Below are positions 42,851-55,713 of a DNA stretch of 64,000 bases, piece after piece. Position 1 is the first letter of the stretch; each line of letters begins with the position of its first letter. Position numbers and translations under genes: made by a program. Below the pieces are notes generated by a model. It was not told where the DNA came from, did no database searches, and saw only the letters and a program-made list of their open reading frames with translations. The stretch spans positions 36,456,001-36,520,000 of the forward strand of contig NC_043008.1 of NCBI RefSeq assembly GCF_006345805.1. Direction: 5' to 3'. The DNA is from Octopus sinensis. Lineage: Eukaryota.

Positions 42851-42944
42851 ATCTATCTATCATTCTCTTTCTTTTGTTCCTTTTCCTTTTCTTTTTTTCT
42901 TTTTCTTTTTTTCTTTTTCTTTTTCTTTTCTTTGTTCTTTTCTT

Positions 42945-43086
42945 CCCTCTTTTACGATCCCTCTTGGCGAAAACCTACGCCCCCCCTTTTTTGTTTCTTT
43001 TGTTTTTTGTTTTTTTCATCCCAAAAGAAAAGCTCTACCTTGTAACTTGTCCCATCTGTGGCAGTCCTGTGTGGCCAATAAAGAAC

Positions 43087-43090
<4 letters not shown>
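42945..43090 (+). mobile_element. LINE-like 3' terminus abutting (TATC)n, second copy
   Basis: Homologous to 35780-35935. Confidence 0.6.
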
Positions 43091-43121
<31 letters not shown>

Positions 43122-43122
43122 C

Positions 43123-43217
<95 letters not shown>

Positions 43218-43736
43218 CAATCCTTTATATCTCTGTCTATTCCCAATGCATTCTCAACCAAGTCAAATCAAATTTTACATTATAATTATATCAGACCCAG
43301 TGAGTATCAACATGTAACTTTTGGATTAAAACAATGTAAAATTGGCACTGGTTCCATATTCCATGTCAAAACAAAGAATAAAAGTGAAGCAATAGCATAT
43401 ATATTGTAATGTGATATATTGTTTCACTTTTATACTTTTACTTTTAATTCTAACCACGACGACGCCGCCGACTACGTAACATTTTGTATATGACTGTGTA
43501 TCTGCCTATGGATGTATGGGAGTGAATGTATGCGTGTGTATATGTCTCACAGTGTATGTGTCTTTCCGCGTTAGGTACATTATTAAACATACTATATGTA
43601 TGTAAGGGCGGGTTAACCACAAAGACGTCATATTTTGTATATGACTATATCTGTCTGTGAATGTATGCGTGCGAGTGTATGAGCGTATTTATCTCACGGT
43701 GTGTATTTCCGCATTAGGTACGTTATCAAATATACT

Positions 43737-44039
43737 ATATATATGCGAAGGCTGGTAATGTCAATACGAAGTTTTATTTTCATTTCAGTTAAAACAATAG
43801 AACATTTCATAGATATATAATCCTTCTATTAAGAGAGATGTACTTGCATAGAAAGTGACTTCATCTGAGATTGTGTGCTCGGAAAATATATGTATATATA
43901 CAACCTTCGACGGAGTAACAGTTATAAATAGTTTCATTTTTTGTATTGTTTCACTTTTATTTTTTCACTTTTAATAGTTTCCCTATGTATGTATGTATGT
44001 ATGTATGTATGTATGTATGTATGTATGTATGTATGTATG

Positions 44040-44100
<61 letters not shown>

Positions 44101-44694
44101 GAAAGAAGGTTTGAAAATGCAATTAAAAGATGTTTATTTACTTAACCGGTTTCACTCTTTGGAAAAAGATTGTCAAAAGTAACATAGAATATTATGAATT
44201 CAAAAAAAATTTACATAATTGCCACATTACATGTATATATACAGTCTTTGGTAACAGAGACATGTTAAGGACATTACAATATATATGCGAAGGCTGGTAA
44301 TGTCAATACGAAGTTTTATTTTCATTTCAGTTAAAACAATGGAACATTTCATAGATATATAATCCTTCTATTTAGAGAGATGTACTTGCATAGCAAGTGA
44401 CTTCATCTGAGATTGTGTGCTCGGAAAATATATGTATATATACAACCTTCGACGGAGTAACAGTTATAAATAGTTGTAATGTCCTTAACATGTCCCTGTT
44501 ACCAAAGACTGTATATATACATGTAATGTGGCAATTATGTAAATTTTTTTTGAATTCATAATATTCTATGTTACTTTTGACAATCTTTTTCCAAAGAGTG
44601 AAACCGGTTAAGTAAATAAACATCTTTTAAATGCATTTTCAAACCTTCTTTCGTATATAATTCCACTCGTGCGATACCCCACAACTCAACTTTG

Positions 44695-44730
<36 letters not shown>

Positions 44731-45697
44731 ATATATATGTAAATATATATGAATGTACATGTATATCTTTGTATATATAAATGTATATATATTGTCTATA
44801 TATGTGTATATATATGTGTGTATATATGTATATGTATATATTATATATATATATTTATGTATGCATATATGTATGTATATATACGTATATATACATATTT
44901 ATGTATATATATATATATATGTCTATATATGTATATATATAAATATAAAGATAAAATCTATATAAGATTTTATCGAGTTGCCAGCGTGTAAAACCAATAC
45001 TATATATATGCGAAGGCTGGTAATGTCAATACGAAGTTTTATTTTCATTTCAGTTAAAACAATAGAACATTTCATAGATATATAATCCTTCTATTTAGAG
45101 AGATGTACTTGCATAGCAAGTGACTTCATCTGAGATTGTGTGCTCGGAAAATATATGTATATATACAACCTTCGACGGAGTAACAGTCATAAATAGTTTC
45201 ATTTTTTGTATTGTTTCACTTTTATTTTTTCACTTTTAATAGTTTCCCTATGTATGTATGTATGTATGTATGTATGTATGTATGTATGTATGTATGTATG
45301 TATGTATATATATATATATATGTAAATATATATGAATGTACATGTATATCTTTGTATATATATATATGTATATATATTGTCTAAATAGGTGTATATATAT
45401 ATGTGTTATATGTATATGTATATGTATATTATATATATATATATATATATTTATGTATGCATATATGTATGTATATATACGTATATATACATATTTATGT
45501 ATATATATATGTATATATATATATGTCTATATATGTATATATATAAATATAAAGATAAAATCTATATAAGATTTTATCGAGTTGCCAGCGTGTAAAACCA
45601 ATTAAGGAAAAAAATTAATACAAAATATATAATTTTCTCCTTTATATATAAAACTGGTTTTACACGCTGGCTACTCGGTAAAATCTTATATAGATTG
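43737..45697. repeat. Modular mosaic of direct and inverted duplications adjoining a Penelope-like element
   Basis: Module X three times (43737, 44280, 45001); module Y inverted (44095-44279 / 44474-44658); module Z twice (44738, 45321) plus an inverted Z end (45652-45697). Confidence 0.9.
44571..44615 (+). ncRNA. Degenerate type-I hammerhead motif in module Y (mirror copy at 44138-44182, minus)
   Basis: Stem I TTACTT/AAGTAA; core TTGACAA (vs CTGAYGA); stem II TCTTT-TTCC-AAAGA; GAAA-CCGG-TT with palindromic ACCGGT. Confidence 0.5.
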
Positions 45698-45699
45698 TA

Positions 45700-46860
45700 T
45701 CCTTATTTTTTGTGTAGTTTGTGGAAAGGAAAAATTAGAAACATTTTCTGACCACATCTTTGTATGTTCGCTGAATGGAATTTGGTGAACATTGGTGTTC
45801 CGGACTTGTTGTCGGTAGACTAGTGAGTGTTCCGATAATGCATTCCCCGTCTCGCCTATATATAATTCCTCGTAATTCGGGTATTTAATGCAGTATATCA
45901 AATTTCTGCTTTTGCAGCTCATATCTGCACTTGCGAAAATCTGTCCAGTTTTAATTCTAATGGATCTACCAGTATGCATGTATTGACACGTTCTTCATCT
46001 GTTATCATTACATTTGGATACTGTGCATGTGTTGTCCTCTTTCTTCATGTTGAATTTTGCCTTTGTTAATAGTTTCTTTAAGTTATATGGTGGTCTTTTG
46101 ATTAACATAAGTGTTTGATTAGTTATTGTTTTTTTTTTTATTTTTTCGCTTTAGAAAATGTTTTGATGATGTTAAAAATGTTTTGGTGATGCGGATTGGA
46201 TGTTACTTGAAATGGTATTTTATTCATTTGATGGGTTCGTTTCTTTTCGTGTTGCTCTAAGTTGTTTTGTAAGTATCTCTTTTTGCTCATTTTATGTTAT
46301 TTTCTATAAGGAGGAGAGGACAATTTTGCTTGAGCAGAAAACCTTTGAGTTCTATAAGTCGTGTGTTTCTGCTATCTGGATAATCGACTATAGTATAAAT
46401 TTTCCTGGCTAGACAGTACAGAGTGTTGCGTTTTGTATGTGTTTGGGCGGCATGATTTGAAATTTAGGTACTGCTGTGTTTCTGCGCTTTTGTAATAAAT
46501 ATCAGTTGTGATTGATGTGTTGTTTTTACTTACCATTATGCCAAGAAATGGTAATTGTATGTTGCTTATTTCTCTTGTGAATTTAAGACTAGGGTGTAGA
46601 TTATTGAGGAGGGTGCTGAATTCTTCCTGATTTTCTAGGGATTTGATCCAAGTTATGAAACAATCATCGAGATATCTCTTCCATGTGTCCTCTATATTTC
46701 TTTTAAAGGTCATGCCGTAGTTCTCTTCAATTTTTTTATATAGGCTTTGTTTCAAGTATCCTAAAACTGGAGCAAATCGCGTCCCCATAGTTGTGCTTCG
46801 AGTTTGGAGCTAGTTTTTTTCATTGAAAAAGAATGTATTGTTTTCGAGGGTGAGAGGACC
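45700..46860 (-). mobile_element. Penelope-like element, Neptune-type, RT + GIY-YIG fragment (degenerate, truncated at both ends)
   Basis: MGTRFAP, KRYLDDCF, LHPSLKFT, ITTDIYYK..QQYL, NLKKLLTKAKF, KCNDNR*RTC linker, NLIYCI...LYIGETG. Confidence 0.9.
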
Positions 46861-47149
46861 GCGTCTAGTATGTTACAGTAAATCTATAGGAAAATTTATA
46901 CTATAGATGTGGATTAATAAATATAAACACGTTACAGAATATCGGTACGTCTGACAAACTGTGATGTTTAAGATGATCAAAAAGGTATTTTAAAAAATCA
47001 GCTGGTTGGAGCGTTCTAAGAAGTACTAAATGTGTCAAGAACTCAATTTGAAATCTGATAAGTACACTATGTATGAAAGAGCGAGTTTTGTTAAAATATC
47101 ATAATAAAAAACGTGAAAACCATACTATGTTGTAACTTTAATTCAACTG

Positions 47150-47205
<56 letters not shown>

Positions 47206-47206
47206 T

Positions 47207-47491
47207 GCGGAGGCGCAAAGGCCCAGTGGTTAGGGCAGCGGACTCGCGGTCGTAGGATCGCCGTTTCGATTCCCAGACCGTGCGTTGTGAGTGTTTATTG
47301 AGCGAAAACACCTGAAGCTCCGCGAGGCTCCAGCTGTACTCTTATTTCTTTCGGTTTCTATCTACCAAATCGACTCAGAAGGCTTTGGTGTGTCCGGGAC
47401 TATAGTGGAAGACACTTGCCTAAGATACTACTCATTGGCACTGAACCCGGAATGCCATTTTAACCCGAGCAACGCCGGGTATCTCTGCTAG
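47207..47491. mobile_element. Composite: family A head (+), family C fragment (-, 47336-47452), Helitron-like 3' end (+, 47464-47491)
   Basis: Each piece matches in-window copies; CCCGAGCAACGCCGGG..CTAG terminus. Confidence 0.75.
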
Positions 47492-48379
47492 TTACAATAT
47501 AAAATTTTAATAATTTGTTGATATTAGAAGACAGTGAGTGTTTTTTTCAACATCTTAGTAACATACATGTTTTTAATATTAAACTAGGTTTAAATTCCGC
47601 CGAGGTCAACTTTGCCTTTCATTCTTTTGAGATCGATAAAAGAAGTACGAGTTGAGCACTATCGATGTAATCGACTTGACCCCTCCCCTTAAATAGCTGG
47701 CCTTGTGCCAAAATTTGATACCAATATAAAACTCCGTTCCCTAATGCATGACGTCAATGATAATTTGCTAATCCCAGCACTCACATTCATAATTTTTTTT
47801 TATTTTAGCGGGCACTCTCAGCTCTTTATTTACTTTTTACTATAACACATCTTTCCCCGTTTTTATACATTTCTGTCAGCCACAACATACTAAATTACTT
47901 ACAAATCCATTGAGAGGATATATATTATCTAGAAGTTGCCCACACGTATGAAATTATACATACACACATGTGTATACACAGTCATACAAACAGATGAAAA
48001 CTTAATACTCTCAATTTATCAATCGTCACTATAAAAAAATCCTAATATTTCCATATCTATTTTAATTTTTATGATATTGCACTTATTACTCCTACACTCA
48101 GCCAAGTACATTGCATTTTTCTTCCTTCATTGCATGTCTTCCTCTTAAATCGTTCAGCTGGACATCTCGTAAAATATTCTTCCAAGCGTGACTGTGTGGT
48201 AAAATGTTTGCTTTCCAACCACATGATTCCGGGTTCAGTGCCAATGAGTAGTATCTTAGGCAAGTGTCTTTCACTATAGTCCCGGACACACCAAAGCCTT
48301 CTGAGTCGATTTGGTAGATAGAAACCGAAAGAATCCCTTCATATATAAATATATGTATATATATATATATATATTATAT

Positions 48380-48410
<31 letters not shown>

Positions 48411-51312
48411 GTTTTTACACCTGCGTTAACTCCATTTTTTTCATATTCAAATATTCAACGTAAATACGAAGTTCTACCCTTTATATACAAGGAGTTACAA
48501 CACCTTTACTTGTGAGATTTTTGCTGCCCTGGTAACTTTTATTTATTTTTCCGTTGTTAATTGTTAACAAGGTAAAAATACACTCATCTATTTATAATAC
48601 TTTAATCAGGTTTATTAATAACCTGCTAACTGAATAGTTACAGCAGCATATGGAGTTATTGAATATTAACGCATCTCTTAAAGACATTCCTATTCCACCT
48701 AAGAATGTTTTCCTTAAACAACTTGTCAATAAGATTAATTCATTCATCAACCGAATAAGATGGCTTACCTTTTTCTTTGACAAAAATTACACTCAACAAC
48801 ACACTAATGATAAAGCATCTGAGTTCAACAAGTTTTTAAATCTAAAAATAGTCGTCCGCCGCCTAACCCAAGATTGAAGCAATTTGAAGATGATCTCTGG
48901 TCCATTGTGAGAAATGTTAAATTTCAATGATCACCACTAAGAAATGAACATCTGAGGTATCTCGCAACATCACAAAAGAAATCAATTCTATGGATACTAC
49001 AATGTTGGTTCAATCTGATAAGACTGGAAATCTGTACAAACTTTATAAAGACTATTATTTGGAATTACTTAAAAAAGAAATTCAGAAAAAGTATAACATT
49101 GCTGATAAAAGAATACTTAAGAAAGCCAACATTGAGGCTATGAAAATCATGGAGAAATATAACCTACAAATGAAGACAGAACCACTTGTTCCTAAGCAAC
49201 CTCAGTTCATTTTGAAGGATCACAAACCAAATTTTTTTACTAACCCATCATTAAGGCTTATCTGCCCTTCTAGCTCTGATATCGGTATCCTTAGTAAAAA
49301 TATAATAGATAAATATATTCCTAATTTAATCAAAACATTAAAACTAGTTTATGGACTAATTCATTTGAAGTAGTTGACTGGTTTAGGTCTATTAACAGTA
49401 AGGTGAGTACAAAGTTTATCCAGTTTGATATTTCCAATTTTTATTCATCTATTAATCCAATAGTACTTAATAAGGCACTTTGGCTTGCTCATAACAAAGC
49501 TGGTCTCACCCGAGAAGAAATTAATGTTGTGTTGGCAGCCAGAAGATCTATTATTAAATTTGATGATAAGTTGTGAGTCCGTAAAGACACACCAGATAGT
49601 TTCGATATAACAATGGGAAGTTCTGATTTAGCACAGATAGCTGATTTGGTCTGTATATATATTCTTTTTGAAATGGCTGAAGAGTTCCTAACATTTATGG
49701 AGGTCTATATCGTGATGATTGTTTACTTTACCTCCAAAATGTTTCCAACCAAAAGGTACAGAAAGTTAAGAATAGTTTAGTTAACTTTTTCAGTAGAATG
49801 GGCTTAAAAATCGTTTTTGATGACGATCTGACGAAGGTCAACTTTTTAGATATTACGCTTAATTTACACAGTGACTCTTACTTCCCATATCATAAACCGT
49901 TGACCAATCTTAAGTACATTAGCAAATTTAGTAATCATCCTGGAGCAATTACTAAGAACTTGGTTAAGAATATTTCATTTAGATTATCTAAATTATCTGC
50001 TAATGTTGATATTTTCAATAATAACGCTGAATTCTATAACTCTGCCTTAATCAAAGCAGGTTATACACAAAAAATTTTTCTACATTGATTCTGCTCAGTC
50101 TAATTGTAAATTCAATAATGTAGATAAGATTTCTAGTCGTAAAAGAATTATTGATAACAAACATAACTTACGCCGCACCGATACAAAGCGAATGAAGGCA
50201 GATAACCCTTATTTAATCCCCTATTATCGATCTAAAAGTAAATATAACACCTTCAAAAGTAATTACGCTATGAATACTAGTAAAAATATTTGGTTAATAA
50301 TTCCTTACGGGAGACAAATTAAATCTAATCTCCCACTGCTTTTTCGTCAAGCTATGCTAGGAATTTTCCAAACAATTCTAGATATTACTCTATAATTAAT
50401 TCACATAAGGTTAGGATAGGTTTTTTCAAACACAAAAAAAAATCTCTTGCAAATTATATCTTCTCATAATAGCAAACTGTTAAATATTAATACATTTACT
50501 AATACTAACATTAATTTAGCTAATACCATCCAACCCTCTAGAAATATTAATAACAAGGTTATTGTATCTGAAGTCAATTCCAATAGAATTAAATTTATGT
50601 CAAGTAACTCTAAGATTAAAAATTCTATATACCAGTGTATAATCACTACTCGTAATAAAGTACGATTTTACATTGGAAGCACATCGTTAGAGTTATCTAA
50701 AAGAATTTCTATCCTATCCATTACTCCACATTGCGATAGAAATAAACGGAATAGTACCGGTCTCAGCAAACTGATTGGGATTTAAAGACCACAATGAACA
50801 ATTTCATTTAGAATGGTTGATCCTCTCAATTTCAATACCATATGACAAAGGCAAGAAATTCTGTCTTCTCTGCAATTCTGAGCTATTTTTTATTATTTTT
50901 TCTAAAAATACTCTAGTAAACACGGTTATAGAGCGAGCATACAGATGTAAGCATCGGCAAAAACATACATTTAGTTCATATAAGTAGTCTCTATCATTAT
51001 ATATAATTTAAACTTTAATTTCCTTTATATTTAACATTCATTATTAATATCCCTACTCTTTCTGTTAGCTACTTATGACGTTATATCATATAATTTTTTT
51101 TTAAACAATATTAATAGCGTTCTGTCTATCGCTATACAAATCCATCATTTTTTGCTAAAATGTCGTATTGACGAGTTTTGTTTTTTTCACTTTCCCGAAG
51201 AGAAGATTGCATTGTTTATACCATTTATTCTTTTGAATAGTATCAGTGGAATTTTCGAAACATGTGTCGAAAGTAAAATATTTGTTTACACCTGCGTTAA
51301 CTCCATGTTTTA

Positions 51313-51320
<8 letters not shown>
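48411..51320 (+). mobile_element. Near-complete but frameshifted Penelope-like element, Naiad-type (RT + C-terminal GIY-YIG), with pLTR
   Basis: SLKDIPIPPK..FINRIRW, SDKTGNLY, KDHKPNF..RLICP, FIQFDISNFYSSI, FDITMGS, GLYRDD, NFLDITLNL, SNHP, SIYQC..FYIGST, CLLC, RCKH. A 22-nt direct repeat at 48414 and 51285; (TA)n on both sides. Naiad assignment is from recalled family motifs. Confidence 0.85.
51185..51278 (+). ncRNA. Type-I hammerhead ribozyme in the Naiad 3' pLTR (U4 mutated)
   Basis: Stem I ACTTTC/GAAAGT; core CCGAAGA (CTGAAGA with one change); stem II GAAGATT/AATTTTC with nested hairpins; GAAAC-ATGT-GTC; cleavage after C51268. Confidence 0.7.
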
Positions 51321-51353
<33 letters not shown>

Positions 51354-51357
51354 TATA

Positions 51358-51520
51358 CCACCAGCCACATTGTTCCGAGTTCAGTCCCACTGCCTGGCAC
51401 CTTGGGTAAGTGTCTTCTACTTACCCAAAGCCTTGTGAGTGGATTTGGTAGACGGAAACTGAAAGAAGCCCGTCGTATATATGTATATATTTTATATATA
51501 ATATATATATATATATATAT

Positions 51521-51564
<44 letters not shown>

Positions 51565-51830
51565 TTATGTTATGTATGTATGTGTATGTGTGTGTGGTGT
51601 GTCGATATGTTTGTGTGACTGTGTTTGTCCCTTCAAAATCGCTTGACAACCGATGCTGGTGTGTTTACCTCCCCGTAACTTAGCGGTTCGGCAAAAAAGA
51701 CCAATAGAATAAGTACTAGGCTTACAGAGAATAAGTCCCGGGGGGGGGGGCGATTTGCTCGACAAAAGACGGTGTTCCAGCATGGCCGCAGTCAAATGAC
51801 TGAAACAAGTAAAAGAGTAAAAGAGTATAT
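51358..51830 (+). mobile_element. Family C SINE
   Basis: Match to consensus, with internal microsatellite and (TTTTAC)-type tail. Confidence 0.9.
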
Positions 51831-51950
51831 ATATATATATATATTGCAAAAATTTAGATTCAAATGAATATGGTACTTAATTTAGATGCACCAGAATTTT
51901 GTATGGTGTTATCCATAAAAATCCGTGGTGTGATTATAATCAAAATAATC

Positions 51951-52138
51951 AACAAGAATGACTCCGGTAATTTGGTACGATAGTTTTGTACTACATCATT
52001 TTATTAAATGTTGTAAGTATTACAACATATTTAAGATGATGAGTACTCAGCATCTTAAATCTGTTGTAATACTTACAACATTTAATAAAATGATGTAGTA
52101 CGAAACGATCGTACCAAATTACCGGAGTCATTCTTGTT
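51951..52138. repeat. Near-perfect palindrome (94-bp arms, no loop)
   Basis: Centre 52044/52045 (TGAGTACTCA); 4 mismatches by eye; extends imperfectly to ~51938-52149. Confidence 0.95.
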
Positions 52139-52151
52139 TATTTTGATTTCA

Positions 52152-52929
52152 TCTCTATATATAAAACTGAAATGCGTTTTTACAGCTTGGATCGATTTCA
52201 ATGCCACTACGTCCCGTCCGATTCGCTCCAAAATTTACAGGGACATGTAGAATGAGGTGACGATACCCGTGGGCTACCTTAGAAATCCCTATCTTAAAAG
52301 GTGTGGTTGCTAGGGGCCATCTTCCTCACTCACGCTATTTCCTACATTCCCCTCTCACTCCCCTTCATTTATAACTTTCACAATTCCACTCACGTTATTT
52401 AATGTATCTGTCACTCTCGCTATTTCCTCTCTTTTTCACTCACTCTGTTTCCTACCTTCTCATCACTTCGGCGTTCTTTTATGTATCTGTCTGTCACCAA
52501 CAACACACGAGCATGAGAACAAATATTATGAATCAGATATTCTTGCATTCATTTATATGTGTGTGTGTGTTCTATATATAAATATGTACATATAATGTAT
52601 GTGCGTGTGTGTGTTCTATATATAAATATGTATATATAATGTATATATACAAAGTGTATATATCTGTATTTATGTATATTTAACTTTTTCATACTTTTTC
52701 ATAGTTATATATATTTTTAAACAAATTATATATATAATTTAATAATTTTTATTTTCAATTTAAATAATTTGAATTTTTCAATTTTTTATTTTATATATTT
52801 TATATATTATATTTTTTGTGTTTTTGTTTTTGGTTTTTCACTGTTTGATTTGCCTATTAGTGGTTTTATCTCTAATTTAATTTATACAGATATATATCTC
52901 ATTTGTATACATTTGTATATATAATGCGT

Positions 52930-52980
<51 letters not shown>

Positions 52981-53530
52981 CATATATATATATAATGTGT
53001 GCATTACGTAGTCGGTCGATTCAGCTGAAAATATGCACACCTATGTTAAAAGTGCTGGCAAGTTTGCATGACAACTATTTTTTCCTCAAATGAAAGGCGT
53101 CACCTCTAGGACAAAATTCCTCATCTTATAAAATGTGACCCCAGTAGACCCGAATGAAATCGGGTTATATTAACCAAAATGTGAAAAGGGGTCTAAATGG
53201 GGCTGGAAGGGGATTAAAATTTCAAGGAGCGGGTGTTTAGGAATTCTCTGTTACATTAAGCTAAAAATTTGCGCCAGCCTTTTAATCGTCAATGTGTTGC
53301 CGTCCACGATAAAGAAGTTTTGAATGCTTGCCATGGTGAGTCTACTGTCGTGAGAAAGAATCACTTCAAAACTTGGTGTTTACGAATTTTCTTTTACATC
53401 AAGTTCAAAATTTTACGCCAGCCGTTAAACTGTCAATACGTCGCTGTCCGTCGTTAAGAAATGCCAGCCATGGTGACTCTACTATCCTCAGATTCTATCC
53501 CTTCAAACTTTGGTTTCCAATATTTTATTA
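52152..53530 (+). mobile_element. Possible Helitron-like element 5' part with a diverged ~140-bp tandem pair (53263-53525)
   Basis: TCTATATATAAAACTG start like the 20.0-kb element; no 3' hairpin or CTAG found. Confidence 0.35.
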
Positions 53531-53804
53531 TTTTTATTCAGCTCGCAAGTTCGTCTGTCCCTTTTAAATGTTAGCGTTTTGCTGTCTGCCTTGAAGCAGA
53601 CCTTTCCGTTGCCACTGCCTGATATTTATGATTGATCTTTCTAAATATTTTATTTCTCAACTTACTCAAGATCTTCTGTTGTTTTAAATGGGAGAGAGAT
53701 AGATAAAGATAGAGAGTAAGAGAAGCGAGGGAGAGTCCGAGAGAAAAGAAAAGTAAGAGAGTAGGAAAGTGAGAGAGAAAGGAGAGAGAAACAAAGACGG
53801 AGAA

Positions 53805-54125
53805 TCATCATCATCATCATCGTTTAACGTCCGTTTTCCGTGCTAGCACGGGTTGGACAGTGTGACCGGGGTCTGGGAAGCCAGGAGGCTGCACCAGGCT
53901 CCAGTCTGATCTGGCAGTGTTTCTACAGGTGGATGACCTTCCTAACGCCAACCACTCTGTGAGAGCGTAGTGGGTGCTTTTTTCGTGCCGCCGGCACAGG
54001 TGCCAGGGGGGCTTGCAGCAGCAACGATCGGTTGGTGCTTTCTACGTGCCACCGGCACAGAAGCAATTCAAGGCGGTGCTGCAATCGGCCACGTTCGGAT
54101 GGTGCTTTTTACGTGCTGAAAGGAA
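53805..54125 (-). mobile_element. SINE or LINE 3' end with an RTE-like (TGA)n tail
   Basis: Minus strand GTTGGCGTTAGGAAGGTCATCCACCTGTAGAAA...GGAAAACGGACGTTAAACGATGATGATG. Confidence 0.65.
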
Positions 54126-54249
54126 GCAACAGAAAGTAACAACCACACTCTTACCCGCGCGTAGAGCGGGTCACCTTCAGCTAGTATATATATATATATA
54201 TATATATATAGATAGATAGATAGATAGATACATACATATATATATGTAT

Positions 54250-55092
54250 ATATGTATTTATATATATATATATATACATATATATATACATATATATATA
54301 TACACATACACACACACACCTGTGTGTGTGTGTGTGTTTGTCTTTCCCACTGCACCGCTTGACAACCGATATTGGTATGTTTACGTCCCTGCAACCTAGC
54401 GGTTCGGCTAAATGAGACCGAAAGAATAAGTAACACGCTTTAAAAAATAAGAAGTATCGGGGTCGATTCATTTGACTAAAAAGTCTACAAGGCGTTGCCC
54501 CAGCATGGCCGCAGTGAAACGACTGAAACATGTAAAAGATAGAAGATAAAAGAACTTCTCTTTTCTTGAATCACGCATTGAAATATTCTGTATACCCGTG
54601 ACTTTTCTCGTACAACCCTCTTCCATAATCGAACCCTATTCATTCCATCCCTTCTTGAACCTGTAGTGGTTCTTTGATAAAAACTCCTTTTTTCTCTTTT
54701 TCTCTTTTTACTTGTTTCAGTCATATGACTGCGGCCATGCTGGAGCACCGCCTTTAGTCGAGCAAATCGACCCCGGGACTTATTCTTTGTAAGCCCAGTA
54801 CTTATTCTATCGGTCTCTTTTGCTGAACCGCTAAGTGACGGGGACGTAAACACACCAGCATCTGTTGTCAAGCAATGCTAGGGGAACAAACACAGACACA
54901 CAAACACATACACTTATATATATATACATATATACGACAGGCTTCTTTCAGTTTCCGTCTACCAACTCCACTCACAAGGCTTTGGTCGGCCCGAGGCTAT
55001 AGCAGAAGACACTTGCCCAAGATGCCACGCAGTGGGACTGAACCCAGAACCATGTGGTTGGTAGGCAAGCTACTTACCACACAGCCATTCCT
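54250..55092. mobile_element. Two family C SINEs tail-to-tail (54250-54550 +, 54705-55092 -)
   Basis: Match to consensus. Confidence 0.85.
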
Positions 55093-55713
55093 TGCTTTAA
55101 AATAATTTTAATTAAAACCTTCCCTCAGAATTACATATTAACTTATGCCTCAGATACATGATTAGTAATATAAGTAATCGTTTTAATAAACTTTTTATTA
55201 TTTTCAAGACTAATTTAGACACAGACAGTGTATTTCAACAGAAATATGGTAACAAAAAGGTTTAATGTACTTATTTTCCTTTGTGCACTGAGCAACATAC
55301 TCATAAATAACAGGAATTATGCAGAATCTTATTACAAAAACAAAAACAAGTTTAAGATGTTAAATCCTAAGGCATGAGAACAATGGGCAGGTGCCAGGGG
55401 CCTCACGAGTCTAGGGGTCCAATTTTGATCTATCTGTATAGTGGCTTGCTGTCAATATATAAATACTACATAACCGAGTGCCTTGATTTGCTCGGGGGCC
55501 TGTAATGTTGTTAAGACGCGCTTGATTAAATTAATTCCACTCACAAACCCGATATCGAGACAGTCTTCTTTTCTCATCAATCTAGACATTCTTCTTTTAT
55601 TTCGACTTTTCTACTTTTTTGAAATATAATGACTTAAAAATTACTGGCATCTTCATTTATCTAAGAAACACACTATTGATACGCCATAATCTACCCAATA
55701 CTTATTAGTAATC

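Noticed and set aside
48928-51120. Selenocysteine recoding or SECIS in the Naiad-type element
   Set aside because: The in-frame TGAs (48928, 49574) fall at probable Arg/Trp positions, not Cys. The ATGA stem at ~51073 lacks the 3' GA of the SECIS core.
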